A stretch of 64,000 bases of DNA from an uncultured delta proteobacterium. GTDB taxonomy: Bacteria > Desulfobacterota > Desulfuromonadia > Desulfuromonadales > BM103. The DNA lies in assembly GCA_963715335.1 (NCBI GenBank), contig CAVQRZ010000001.1, forward strand, positions 32,001 through 96,000, read 5' to 3'. Under the pieces are notes generated by a model that searched no databases, was not told the origin of the DNA, and saw only the letters and a program-made list of their open reading frames with translations. Shown here piece after piece: positions 19,642-30,628 of this stretch (positions are counted from its first letter, which is position 1; the number at the start of each line of letters is the position of its first letter). A program made the position numbers and the translations under genes.

Positions 19642-21618
19642 ATGGTAGAGATCGACATGCAAAAGGCCCAGAGGGCTATCGACACCATCCGCCTGCTTTC
19701 TGCTGACATGGTGGAACAGGCCCAGTCGGGACACCCCGGCACACCGATGGAAGCCGCCCCGATTGCCTACCTGCTTTACAGCCGGCACATGCGCTATAAT
19801 CCGAAAAACCCGGCCTGGGAAGGCCGCGATCGCTTCGTCCTTTCCTGCGGCCATGCCTCGGCGCTGCTCTACAGCATGTTGCATCTGTCCGGCTACGAAC
19901 TTTCCCTGGCAGACCTGAAAAACTTCCGCCAGATCGGCAGCCCGACCGCCGGCCACCCTGAATTCGGCCACGCCCCCGGCATCGAGACCACCACCGGGCC
20001 ACTCGGCCAGGGCATCTCGGTCGGCGTCGGCATGGCCATGGGCGCCCGGTTCCTGCGCGAACGCGTCAACCAGGAGCTCTTCGACTACCGGATTTACGGT
20101 CTCTGTTCCGACGGCGACCTGATGGAAGGGGTTGCCGCCGAAACGGCGTCGCTGGCAGGCCATTTACGCCTGGGCAACCTGATCTACCTCTATCTCGACA
20201 ACAAGATCACCATTGAAGGCGATACCGACCTGGCCTTCAGCGAAGAGGTCGCCACCCGCTACCTCAGCTATGGCTGGCACGTCCAGCATGTCGAAGGGGA
20301 AAATATCCGGGATCTCGACCGGGCGATTGAGAAGGCCAAGCATGCGCAGCGCCCTTCGCTGATTATTGCCCGCTCACATATCGGTTTCGGCGCGCCGAAC
20401 AAGCAGGACAGCCATGATGCCCACGGTGCGCCGCTCGGCGCCGACGAGCTCAAGCTGGCCAAGCAGTTCTTCGGTCGTGACCCGGAGGCGACTTTCGCAG
20501 TCCCCGCCGATGTCGCGGCCCACATGGGCGAAGCTATCGCACGCGGCGCTGCCCAGGAAGCGAAATGGCAGAAAGCGTTTGCCGCGCAACTCGGTGGCAG
20601 CGCCCCCCTGGCCGCCTGGCAAAAGGCCGCCGCCGGGGATCTCCCGCAAGGATGGGACGATCTGCCGGGCTTTGCCGCCGGGGAAAAGCTGGCGACCCGC
20701 CAGGCCAGTGGCAAGACCCTCAATGCCCTGGCAAGCAGGCTGCCTTTCCTGCTCGGCGGTTCGGCCGACCTCGGGCCGTCCAACAATACGACGCTCAATC
20801 AGGAGGAATCCTTTACCCCCTGCACTGTTGGCCGCAATATCCACTTCGGCGTTCGCGAACACGGCATGGCCGCAATCATGAACGGTTTGGCCCACACCCC
20901 GGGCCTGATCCCGTTTGGCGGCACATTCATGATCTTTGCCGACTACATGCGCCCACCGATGCGCCTCGCCGCCATGATGGGGCTGCAGACGGTGTACGTT
21001 TTGACCCATGACTCCATCGGCCTGGGCGAAGATGGCCCGACCCACCAGCCGATCGAACAGCTGCCGAACCTGCGGGCCGTGCCCAACCTGACCGTGATCC
21101 GCCCCTGTGATGCCAATGAAACGGTCGAAGCATGGAAGGCCGCGATCGCCAACCGCCAGGGCCCGACCGCGCTGATCCTGACCCGCCAGGCGCTGCCAAC
21201 CCTCGACCGCAAGCAGTATGCGGCCGCGCAGGAGCTGCACAAGGGCGGTTATGTCCTCGCCAGGGAACAGGGCGACCTGCAGCGCCATCATTCTCGCCAG
21301 TGGTTCGGAAATCCCCCTGGCGCTTGGCGCCCGCGAGCAACTGGAACAACAGGGCGTCGGTACCCGGGTCGTTTCCCTGCCCTGCTGGGAGCTCTTCGAG
21401 CAGCAGGACCAGGCCTACCGTGACCAGGTCCTGCCTCCCGCATGTCTGAACCGTGTCGCCGTCGAAACCGCCTCGCCCTTCGGCTGGGAACGTTACGTCG
21501 GCCTCAACGGCAAGACCATCGGCATGCGGGGTTACGGCGCCAGCGGCCCGGCCGGGCAACTCATGGAGAAGTTCGGCTTTACCGTCGATAACGTTGTTCG
21601 CACCGTAAAATCCTGTAA
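19642..21618 (+). CDS. tkt: Transketolase, with apparent indels near 21283 and 21612
   Basis: [45 protein letters not shown]; the C-terminal domain continues in another frame (IILASGSE..). Confidence 0.95.
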
Positions 21619-21705
21619 GAGATTATTTAACGCCCGTTCGCTTTGCTCCTTTGCATTATATTCATTGAAAGAGGGACACTCAATTTTGGGTGTCCGTTTT
21701 CCTAG

Positions 21706-21795
21706 TATCCAGAAGCCAGAAGCCGGCATCCAGAATGTTTATGCAAGCCAAAGAACAGAGACATTCTGAATTCTGAATTCTGAATACTGAATTCC
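21706..21795. repeat. Heptamer (ATTCTGA-type) repeats, two inverted arms
   Basis: atccagaagccagaagcc.. and attctgaattctgaattctgaatactgaattc. Confidence 0.8.
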
Positions 21796-21815
21796 AATCT
21801 CTCGTCTGTCCTGTA

Positions 21816-21844
21816 TGTAAACCCTTCACCAGACCATACGTCTA
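21816..21844 (+). promoter_or_regulatory. Putative ECF sigma autoregulatory promoter
   Basis: TGTAAAC-N16-CGTCTA, matching the AAC/CGT ECF pattern. Confidence 0.6.
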
Positions 21845-21883
21845 AACCGCAAAGACACCCGGCAACACGACAAGGGGAAACAC

Positions 21884-22519
21884 GTGTCCACAGCCACGGC
21901 AGCGATCGTTGACAGCTTACACGAGAGCAGCTACTCTCAAAAAATGACTGCCGCAGAGGAACAGGTCTTGCTGGAGAGAATCCGTACCGGTGACGACTCC
22001 GGCTTCGAGCAGCTGGTCAGGGAGCACACCGGCAAAGTCATCGGCCTCGCCTGGCGCCTGATCGGCAACCGGGAAGAAGCTGAAGACCTGGCCCAGGAAG
22101 CTTTTCTGCGGCTGCACCGTTCCCTGCCGGACTTCCGCGGCGACAGCCGCGTCAGCACCTGGCTGTACCGCACCACGACCCGCCTGGCAATCGATCATCT
22201 GCGCCGGGAGCGCATCCGGCGCAAGCTGTTTTTCTTTCGTCAGAACAACGATGCGCCCGACCCGGTGGAACTGGCCGGCGACACCCGGCTCGACCCGGGT
22301 CGGGAATTCCAGTCGCGGGAGGCGATGCGCCTGCTGCGCAAGAGCCTGGGCAAGCTGTCGCCACGTCAGCAGGTCATTTTCACCCTGCGCCACTACGAGG
22401 GCTTGCCATTGAAGGAAATTGCCGAACACCTGGGATTGGAGACCGGCACGGTGAAAGCGCACCTGCATCGCGCCGTCACGCAACTCCGCCAGGATCTGGC
22501 AGATTATCGCGAGGTATGA
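21884..22519 (+). CDS. ECF RNA polymerase sigma factor
   Basis: Region 2 AEDLAQEAF..STWLYR; region 4 EIAEHLG..GTVKAHLHRA. Confidence 0.95.
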   Translation: MSTATAAIVDSLHESSYSQKMTAAEEQVLLERIRTGDDSGFEQLVREHTGKVIGLAWRLIGNREEAEDLAQEAFLRLHRSLPDFRGDSRVSTWLYRTTTRLAIDHLRRERIRRKLFFFRQNNDAPDPVELAGDTRLDPGREFQSREAMRLLRKSLGKLSPRQQVIFTLRHYEGLPLKEIAEHLGLETGTVKAHLHRAVTQLRQDLADYREV

Positions 22520-22975
22520 TCATGAACAGCAAAGAGTGCCTGACCGAACAGGAACTGACCCTGCATTTTTACGGTGAGCCGGACACCAGCGGCTCCCGGC
22601 ATCTTGCCGGCTGCCAGCGCTGCGCAAAACGTCTGGCAGCGTTGACCGCCGAGCTGGCGGCTCTGCCCAGACCCGGACTGCACCCCCGACGCCCTGGCCG
22701 GGGTGCGCATGGCGGCAAGGGTCAAGGAAAAGTTGGCGACTCGCCAGCAGCGCAAGGGCTGGTTGCCGGCTCTTGGCGTCGGCGCCGTAGCGGTCCTGGC
22801 CCTGACCATAACCTTCGCCCGGGATCCGCAGCCTGAGCCGGTCCAGGTGACCCTGGCATCGCCAGCAGCGGCAACCTCGATGAACCTGGAAGAGGATATG
22901 CCGGACATCGACTTTCTCGAAGATATCGAGCTGCTGCAGGAACTTGAGCTGCTCGCCCAGATAGAAGGAGTCTGA
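22516..22975 (+). CDS. Zinc-binding (HxxxCxxC) membrane anti-sigma factor, split by a +1 indel near 22672
   Basis: HLAGCQRC; TM helix and DFLEDIELL tail in the second frame; ATGA overlap with the sigma gene. Confidence 0.8.
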
Positions 22976-22976
22976 C

Positions 22977-23549
22977 ATGTTCAGCAAGAGATTGACCTTT
23001 TTCATTGGCTGTCTGCTGGTTTTGGCCAGCGTCGTCACGACACCTGCGTACGCCAAGAAGAATGGCGGCCAGTCCGGCGGTGGTGGTTATTCCAGCGGTG
23101 GTGGTTATTCCAGTGGAGGTGGCGGCCACTCCGGCGGCTCCGGTCCTTCCGGCAACGGCAACCTGCAGCAATGGTGGCAGGAGCTGCCGGACAACGAGCG
23201 CCAGATGCTGCGCGACCGCTACGAGATTTTCCAGGGGCTTCCCGATGACCAGCAGGACCGCCTGCGCCAGCGCTGGCAGAATTACCGGGAGTTGCCGCCG
23301 GAAGAGCGGCAGGAGATGCGGGAAAAATACAACCACTGGCGGGAGATGGACCCGGAAGAGCGCGAGCGCATGCGCGGCACTTTTCGCAAGTTCAAGAGTC
23401 TGCCCGAGGGTCAGCGCCAGCAGTTGCGACGGGAGCTCCACGAGCTGCGCGACCTGCCGCCCAAGGAGCAGGAGCGCCGCCGTGAAGAGCTGCATCGCAA
23501 GTATTTTCCGGACGATTGCGCAAAAACGCAAAAGTATAAAGAAAGTTAA
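22977..23549 (+). CDS. Secreted DUF3106-like helical repeat protein
   Basis: Signal peptide, Gly/Ser linker, repeated (W/F/Y)xxLPxxxR units. Confidence 0.8.
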   Translation: MFSKRLTFFIGCLLVLASVVTTPAYAKKNGGQSGGGGYSSGGGYSSGGGGHSGGSGPSGNGNLQQWWQELPDNERQMLRDRYEIFQGLPDDQQDRLRQRWQNYRELPPEERQEMREKYNHWREMDPEERERMRGTFRKFKSLPEGQRQQLRRELHELRDLPPKEQERRREELHRKYFPDDCAKTQKYKES

Positions 23550-23703
23550 AAATAAAGATTCTGATATACAAAGTGTTCTCTTTGCACTTCCTCCCACCCT
23601 TTGCACCTTGGCGTTAAATCTTGCCATTTAGGTACAAAAAAGCGCCGGATCGCTCCGGCCCTCAGGCTGCTGACGAGGTTCAGACAGACTGCATGATAGA
23701 GAG

Positions 23704-24221
23704 AGCAACAGATGGTTTATCTGTTGCCCTCATCCTTTATTCTTAAGAGCAAAACCGGCGGGTCGCGTCCCGCCCGACGCCATACTTTTGTCCGGCAACA
23801 AAAGTATGCAAAAGTGCCTTCTCCTTGCGGAGGGCATCTCCTCTGCCGGATGTCTGTGACTTCAAAAACCTCTATGATGGGGATCCGGCCCTGTGTCAAA
23901 GGGCCTGACCTTTCCGTGTGATTTACCAGGGAAAAGCCAAAACAACCTCTACCGACGCAAGTCTCCACAGCAGGAGAGGCTCTCAAGAGCCTCGGCTCCT
24001 GCGGGGGAAGCGTAGGCTTTTGATCGTTTAGAACGCTCCGGATTGAGGTCGCCGCCATTCCGAGCCAGACATGCCCAGCGCAGCGCCAAGTTTTCTTTTG
24101 CTTCCTTTCTTTGTCGCTACAAAGAAAATGAAGTTGCTGTCGGGCAACCCCGACGGTTTATGTTTGTCTTTGAATTCCAAAGTCCAATGGAAAAGGGCAA
24201 CAGTTGGTTAATCTGTTGCCC
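23704..24221 (-). repeat. Structured REPIN/MITE-like repeat, copy 2 (inverted relative to copy 1)
   Basis: Reverse-complement match to about 5066-5408; same terminal GCAACAG..CTGTTGCCC hairpins. Confidence 0.85.
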
Positions 24222-24349
24222 TAAACTTCATAGAAACGCTACCCGCCAGGCAAAAAAACAAAACCCGCATCACGTGCGGGTTTTATCAACAATCAAAGGG
24301 CCGGATCGCTCCGGCCCAGACTTTTCACTTTTACCTCTTTTCACACCCA

Positions 24350-26071
24350 TCAATTCAATTCATAGGTAACAATCGCCGACCTGGCATCATCAATCAGCCC
24401 CTTGTGCTTGAACTTGACCGCCATCACCAGCTCCGGGCTGCCGTCATTGTCAGCATCGGCGACGACGAAGTCACCGAGGTAGCCGGACTGACTGGCGGTT
24501 CGCCAGTTTTCCTGCAGGACGAAACCGTTCCAGCCGAAAGCGACCAGCCGGCTCTTCTTGAACATGCGGAAGCGTTGCACCATACGCTGGCCGTCGTTCT
24601 GGCCGACCAGGATCTCGCCGTTCGGCATTAAGACCATCTGCTGCGGCATGCAAAGCGGCGGCAGCATTTCATCCGTCAGCGGGGGCCTCGGCATGAAGCA
24701 GGTCTCCGAGCCACCGAAGTATTCGGCGGACTCCCAGAGTTCGACGCCTGCAGCAGAGACTACCTTGAGATAGTCGCCATTGGTCAGGTAAGCAAAAAGC
24801 AGTTGATTGTTGTCATCGACGAAAGGCTGGAAGTTGAAGACATTGAGTTTTCTTGGCAAGGGCACGACGTCACCTTCCAGCAGCTTGCCACCGTCACGGA
24901 TGACATGAAAGACATCGCCGAAAAATGGTTGCTCGGCATTGTCCTTTCTCTGCCCCAACAACGATGGCTTTGCCTGTCCCGGGAAGGCAACCACCCGCAA
25001 CAGCCAGCGGACGTTGCTGATGACGATTTCGTAGCTGTCACCGACCATCTCGACGACCAGTGAGGATGCCTGATATTCGTCCAGAGCAGACAGGTAGAGT
25101 TCGGCGCGGCCATTGCCGTCAAGATCGAGGGCGTCGATGCCCAGAACCTGCAGCCGGATCGGGATCGGCACTTCAGCCAACTCGATAAACTCCCCGTCAA
25201 CGATGCGCGCAATAACGATCTTGTTGTCCAGAATCACGGCCGTTTCCTGGTTGCCGTCACCGTCAAGGTCGGCCACGGTCACGCCGCTCGGGCTGCCGGC
25301 GAGATTCGGCCCCATCCAGATCCCCTGGCGGTCGGCCTGGCGCTGGCGGATGATCGCTTCGTCCATTTCGGCAAAACGATCCTCGGTGGTCTGGCCAAAC
25401 ACTCCCATGACCGTGTTGGCCACCTGCTGCAGCAGCTTAGGTTGCGGTTTCAACGGGCCGGCCATGGCCGGTCGCGATGCCGACTGAGTGGAGGTTACGA
25501 GTTGCTGGTCTTTGGTCACAATATACTTGTGCAGAGAGTTGTTCTGTTGGTCTTTGACGTCAAGAGATTCGCCCTGCAAGGTGAAGGTCAGCAGCGCACG
25601 ATCGCTCTCGCCCTCGGTCAGCCACTCGAACTGGGGCAGGTTGACCTTGAGCTCGCGAACCAGCCCACTGTAACTCCCGCTTGTATCGACAATCAGCGCT
25701 GGAACCTGTTCGAAGCGCTTGATCGATGCGCCGTTGTCCGGCTGCAGACCTTCGGTCAGCACCCTGGCGTAGGTGTAGCCGGAATAGATGCGGGTGACCT
25801 GTAAAAAACCGACCACGTTGTCGACCGAGCCGATCACTTCCTTGGTCACCGGGTGGAGAATCTTCTTGCCGGGTGTGACCAGGGTCAGGATATCGCCGAT
25901 GGCAAGACCATCTCGAGCGTCGAGGTCGATGATGTACTCGTCGTTGATCGGCATGACCACCACGCCCTCGACCAAGGCAAAGTCACTGGCGATGTCATCT
26001 GGCAGTTCGGCCAGGGCGGTTAGTGGCCAGCATACAAGTGTAAGAAAAATCAGTTTGAGAAGGTATTTCAT
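24350..26071 (-). CDS. Secreted FG-GAP/VCBS repeat protein
   Basis: Signal peptide; DLDGDG, DLDGNG and DADNDG motifs. Confidence 0.85.
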   Translation of the reverse strand: MKYLLKLIFLTLVCWPLTALAELPDDIASDFALVEGVVVMPINDEYIIDLDARDGLAIGDILTLVTPGKKILHPVTKEVIGSVDNVVGFLQVTRIYSGYTYARVLTEGLQPDNGASIKRFEQVPALIVDTSGSYSGLVRELKVNLPQFEWLTEGESDRALLTFTLQGESLDVKDQQNNSLHKYIVTKDQQLVTSTQSASRPAMAGPLKPQPKLLQQVANTVMGVFGQTTEDRFAEMDEAIIRQRQADRQGIWMGPNLAGSPSGVTVADLDGDGNQETAVILDNKIVIARIVDGEFIELAEVPIPIRLQVLGIDALDLDGNGRAELYLSALDEYQASSLVVEMVGDSYEIVISNVRWLLRVVAFPGQAKPSLLGQRKDNAEQPFFGDVFHVIRDGGKLLEGDVVPLPRKLNVFNFQPFVDDNNQLLFAYLTNGDYLKVVSAAGVELWESAEYFGGSETCFMPRPPLTDEMLPPLCMPQQMVLMPNGEILVGQNDGQRMVQRFRMFKKSRLVAFGWNGFVLQENWRTASQSGYLGDFVVADADNDGSPELVMAVKFKHKGLIDDARSAIVTYELN

Positions 26072-26457
26072 TACTGTCCCATCAATAAATAGATTGGAAT
26101 AATAGCAGTGCGAATCGAGCGGCTATATTATCGATTTTACGATTAAATTGAAAGGCTTAAACACGACTTTACTGCAGATTCCGGACTTTTCCACGGCCTC
26201 CTGAGTTGTCGCAAATCAGAATGCTCCGGCAAGTGCCGTCGACCAGCCTGCAAGGCAATCAAGCGGTTCGCGTCCTTGCCGATCCCAACCCCCCGAGACA
26301 ACACAAAAAACCTCTGCGGGAGCAAAAACAATGGGCCCTAAGACGACCGTTTTTTGTATTTTAATCGTCACGCAAACACCCGGTCGGCCACGAGCCACTC
26401 GACGGCGCACTGGCTACCCGCATCAATCGGGTTGCGCCATCGACCGGGGCCGGTTTA

Positions 26458-26946
26458 TTACCTGTCCAACGGCAGTTCGAAGAAGGAGGTTACGCTGTCT
26501 TCGCCCTGGACCGCTCCGGAGTAGCCGAAGGAGATGCCTGCAGTTCCGGCGGGCACCTGGTAAGATTTTGAGAAACGCTGGATATCTTCCGTGCCGCTGG
26601 TCCAGGCTTTGACAAAGTTAACCGTTTCCAGTACCCGCGAATCCTGATCGAGGAAGAAGAGATATGTACGCATTCTTGAAACAGCTGAATAGAGCATTTG
26701 GTAATGCTGGCTCAAGGCGGCCTGTCCGGAGAGTTCGAGGGTGTCGCCGTTACGCTGGTAAGTATAGTCGATCACAAGGTCGAAGGTCTCCCACGTCCCC
26801 GCAACAGGGGTCCCCGCCTGCAAAGCCACGACAGGTGCGGAGGTAACGCTTTTGCCGTGGTACAGCATGGCCGTCTCTACACATCCCGCAGAAAGAGGCA
26901 GCAGACAAACAAGCAGCAGGCAGGCAAGCTTTGCTTCAACTGACAT
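26458..26946 (-). CDS. Hypothetical lipoprotein
   Basis: AGGAG RBS; signal peptide ending LSAG-C. Confidence 0.75.
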   Translation of the reverse strand: MSVEAKLACLLLVCLLPLSAGCVETAMLYHGKSVTSAPVVALQAGTPVAGTWETFDLVIDYTYQRNGDTLELSGQAALSQHYQMLYSAVSRMRTYLFFLDQDSRVLETVNFVKAWTSGTEDIQRFSKSYQVPAGTAGISFGYSGAVQGEDSVTSFFELPLDR

Positions 26947-27130
26947 AGTTTTTCTCCTTTCACACAGGTCGTTGAAGATCATTATATCACTGCACGAGAA
27001 AAATCTTCAGCCGCACGCCGTGCGCGCGGAAATGCTGATGGCGACAACACCAACGTGACTGGTCTTGTCCGGTAGATGACGAAAAATTTGAGAAAAAATC
27101 ATTTAACGCAAAGGCTCCGCCTGCAGGCAA

Positions 27131-27166
27131 AAAAAGAAAGCCCGCTGCGAAATGCAGCGGGCTTTC
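27131..27166 (-). terminator. Intrinsic terminator after the porin gene
   Basis: AAAGCCCGCTGC-loop-GCAGCGGGCTTT with a T tract on the minus strand. Confidence 0.8.
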
Positions 27167-27198
27167 CATGTGAAGCATGCAATTCTCTGCAAAGAGAA

Positions 27199-28465
27199 TT
27201 AGAAGCTCACGAACAGGCCGGTACCTGCCTCGAAGGCGTCAAAGTCAGCATCTTGACCATCGCAAATACCGGTATTACATTCAACGTTGCCGTCGGTGTA
27301 CTGCAGCTGGAGCTGCAGAGTGGTGTTGGCCATCAGCTTGTACACCACGCCACCAGCCAATGCGTAGTAATCAAGTGAAGCAAGCGCGTCTTCCTCTTCC
27401 TGGAAGTAGCCAGCGGAAGCGCCGAACGACAGGTCGTCGTTGGCTTTGAACATGCCATAGAGACGGCCACCGATTGCACCCATTGAAGCCAGCGTGATAT
27501 CCCCACCTTCGTAGATACCTACAGTCGCCACGTTGAAGGGGCTGCCGCCGACGATCTGCTCGTTGCTCAGGCTGTTGCCGATGTCGAAAATCGGGTCCCA
27601 ACCGTTGAAGCGGTTACCGAGGTAGGTGTACTGCACGTCTTCGTCGTCGCCTGCGCCGTAGAAGAACTGGGCGCCGAGGGTGGCCGCGTCGGAGAGGGCG
27701 AAGGAGCCGTCAGCCATGAACTGGGTACCATAGGCATCATCGGTATCATTGGCATCACCATCAAAGACGTCGAGTTCAGCAGCGATCTTGAAGGCGTCGA
27801 GGTTGAAAGCAACGTTGGCAGCATACACCATGACGTTTTCGTCTGCGTTGGCAAGCTTGTTCTGGTTACCAACGATGAACTCTGCTTTCCAGTTGTCGCC
27901 CTTCGGGGAAACTTTCAGACCGGAAACGAATGCATCAGACAGCAGGATCTAAAATGGTGCCAGTGGTTAGAATTTACCACCTGCATCGTTGTCTTCGTTC
28001 AGATAAACGAAACCGCTGACCGGAACGCCGGTGGCCAGGTCGAAGGAGATACCGGTGGTCTGGTTGTCGAGGACACCGGTCTGGCTCCAGTAGGTAAGCT
28101 GCTGACCGGCGCGGACATGCACCATGCCCTTGGTCAGGTCGATGTGGGCGCGGTCCCACTGCTGGGTGCTGCCGCCACGGCCGGCGCCGAAGGTACTGTT
28201 GTTGGAGCCCCAGTTGGCCTCGGTGATGTCGGTACGGAAGGTGATGCTGACGCCTTCTGCGACAGCGATCTTACCGGCGATACGCAGGCGCTGGTCAGCC
28301 CAGGTGTTGGTGGAGTCATCGTCGTCACCATCATAGTCGAAATCAGTGTGCCAACCACGGACACGCATTTCGCCCGACAGGCTCAGGCGATCTTCCATGG
28401 CGATGGCCGGAACGACCATTGCTGCCACAACCAGCAGCTGCTACTAAAACTTTTAACAATTTCAT
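27199..28465 (-). CDS. Outer-membrane porin-like beta-barrel, disrupted in this assembly (indel near 28435; in-frame stops near 27949-27969)
   Basis: GAGGAGG RBS, signal peptide, LSLSGEMRVRGW first strand, amphipathic strands, C-terminal Phe (GLFVSF). Confidence 0.8.
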
Positions 28466-28560
28466 GTGTTGCCTCCTCAAAAATAAGAAAAATGGTTTTA
28501 ACTTAACCTGTACCCGCTACAACAGCGGGCCAAGCCTTTGGAACAAACCTTAAAATTTAT

Positions 28561-28698
28561 CTACTCAATCGGTGCATCAAACTCATAGCCACAGGCCGGG
28601 CACTTGACTCGCACCTTGTCGCCCCCGCCTGTGCCGGCGCACGCCGCAAGTGAAAGGATCATCAAGATTGCCAGTGCACCGGTGAAAACCTTCTTCAT
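28561..28698 (-). CDS. Small 45-aa lipoprotein with CxxC (MKKVFTGALAILMILSLAACAGTGGGDKVRVKCPACGYEFDAPIE)
   Basis: AAAGGAGG RBS, LAAC lipobox; below the ORF-track cutoff. Confidence 0.85.
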   Translation of the reverse strand: MKKVFTGALAILMILSLAACAGTGGGDKVRVKCPACGYEFDAPIE

Positions 28699-28807
28699 TC
28701 GCTGAGCCTCCTTTCCTATTTTTTTGTTTGATCGCACCAAGCTCGATCAGGAGTCTTGAAGCCTAGCCGACCGGCCCATTGGGGCACAGTCCGGTTGGTT
28801 ATAAGGT

Positions 28808-28823
28808 TACAACAATGATGCCA
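28808..28823 (-). promoter_or_regulatory. Sigma54 -24/-12 promoter for the lipoprotein-porin operon
   Basis: TGGCATC-ATTG-TTGTA; candidate UAS at about 28930-28960 (GTGTTG-N6-CAACAC, TGTCGCAA). Confidence 0.65.
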
Positions 28824-29012
28824 AGTTATCAGCACGCCACAAGATAACCGGAGAGGCCTGTTTTTTCAAGCCTTTTTTTAGTTTCCAGGGGAAAAAACGT
28901 TATTTCCCAGGTCAATCCGTTCAGCGGGAGTGTTGTCACTCCAACACAGTGTCGCAAAATTTCAACGAAACCGCGGTGCAGTCAAACAGGTATTCACTTT
29001 TACGCTGGCCGG

Positions 29013-29534
29013 TCACGACCCCTGCGCGGTTGACGGCGGCGCGTACTCCCGGACCATGGCGTTGATCTCTTCCGCCGACACGCTGCCCACGGCGCTGTCG
29101 AAGCGCACGATCTGGTCCGCATCGACCAGCAGCAGCCGGGGGATCAGATAGACGTTGTAGGCCTCGTAAACCTGACCGTCGTCGAGCAGCGCATGGGAGG
29201 TCATCGGATACTCCGTTCCGGCCAAGTATTCCTCAACCATGGCCTCGGAATCCCTGACGAAAACATCGAGAAACACGACGTTGCTCGCGGCCAGATCTTC
29301 ACCGGCCCGGCTGATTTCACCGGACAACTGCTTGCAGGTCGGGCACCAGGTTGTCGCCAGCTTGAGCAGCACCAGCCGGCCTTTGAACTCGGACAGGCTG
29401 ACCTCTACGCCGGCGATCGACTTCAGCTTAAAATCCGGCGCCGGCTCACCTGCCTCGATCGCACAGGCGGGACTCGCGAAAATTACGATAATGGCAAAGA
29501 TCGAAAAAATGAAAACCCGTTTGCTGAAATTCAT
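29013..29534 (-). CDS. TlpA/redoxin-family thiol-disulfide oxidoreductase, exported
   Basis: APDFKL..SLSEFKG..ATTWCPTC; N-terminal hydrophobic segment. Confidence 0.88.
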   Translation of the reverse strand: MNFSKRVFIFSIFAIIVIFASPACAIEAGEPAPDFKLKSIAGVEVSLSEFKGRLVLLKLATTWCPTCKQLSGEISRAGEDLAASNVVFLDVFVRDSEAMVEEYLAGTEYPMTSHALLDDGQVYEAYNVYLIPRLLLVDADQIVRFDSAVGSVSAEEINAMVREYAPPSTAQGS

Positions 29535-29761
29535 AATGTCTCTTTTCGTGGCTTCAGCAAAAAGCCGCTGGCCGGGTTCATCAGGACAGGCAAAACCTGT
29601 TCCGGCTAAACAGCTTGTCGCAGTATAGAAACGCTGTTTTTTATTTGTCAAGAACAAAAACGCAAACAGCGCACTTGGCCCCTCATTACTGTTAAATACT
29701 GTGATATATACAATTAAAACATTGTTATATTAAAACTGTCACATCTTGCCGCACAGCCGGC

Positions 29762-30169
29762 TCAGTGAGCGCCCGGCTCGCAAAGCTCGGTCAGCACTCC
29801 GCCGCTGGCCTTGGGGTGCATGAACGCGATCCTGGTATTGTGCGCGCCGGTGCGCGGCGCTTCGTCAATCAGCCGGACCCCTTCAGCCTTGAGCGCGGCC
29901 AGGCGCTCTTCCAGGTCTGCCACCTCGTAGGCGACATGATGGACGCCGGGGCCGTTTTTTTCAAGGAACTTCGCAACCGGCGAATCGGCAGCGGTCGGCT
30001 CGAGCAGCTCGATGCGGCTTTCGCCAACCGCAAAAAAGGCGACCTTGACCTTCTGCTCCGCAACCACCTCGGTCCCCTCGAACTCCATACCGAGGACATC
30101 ACGGTAGAACGGGGTGGCTTCCTCGATGCTGACAACGGCGATACCGATGTGACTGATCTTCTTGGGCAT
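29762..30169 (-). CDS. mce: Methylmalonyl-CoA epimerase
   Basis: HIGIAV, IELLEP, GPGVHHVA, F.HPK..GGVLTEL; next to meaB and the mutase. Confidence 0.96.
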   Translation of the reverse strand: MPKKISHIGIAVVSIEEATPFYRDVLGMEFEGTEVVAEQKVKVAFFAVGESRIELLEPTAADSPVAKFLEKNGPGVHHVAYEVADLEERLAALKAEGVRLIDEAPRTGAHNTRIAFMHPKASGGVLTELCEPGAH

Positions 30170-30258
30170 GGTTATGGACCTCGTTGGTTAGGGATGGATT
30201 AACAATATAATTATTTAGACGCAAGATCGCAGAGATGTCAGGAAGGGCAATACAATGT

Positions 30259-30628
30259 TCATGCTAGCGACTTATTTATGCACGACTCGTAAGCCTCTTG
30301 CAACTTCTGTTCTTCAAAATTCAGGATCAGGCCAGAGCTATTGTTGCAACCATACCCAAGGTCAATAGCGGAGCAGGTAATATCGGATTCCTCTAACGAA
30401 CCTTGCGCTATATTCAACAACCGCAACTTGTCCATTGATGCCACGCTTTTTGAAGCCTTCCAGCGATATTGGCAGGAATTGATACTGCAGATCGTCTAAC
30501 TGACGAGGTCACGACCAAATTTTTCCTGATGAGCGCAAACCGGTCTGTCCAACGATGTGCTTCCAGACAAAAGCATGAGCTTTCTGCCAAACGATCAAAT
30601 CCTGGAACTTTCGTGCCGGCCTTTCCAT
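30259..30628 (-). pseudogene. Four-helix-bundle (23S rRNA IVS-like) protein gene with multiple frameshifts
   Basis: Across frames: MERPARKFQDLIVWQKAH, RRSAVSIPANIA, NIAQGSLEE, DLGY; AT-rich. Confidence 0.85.
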
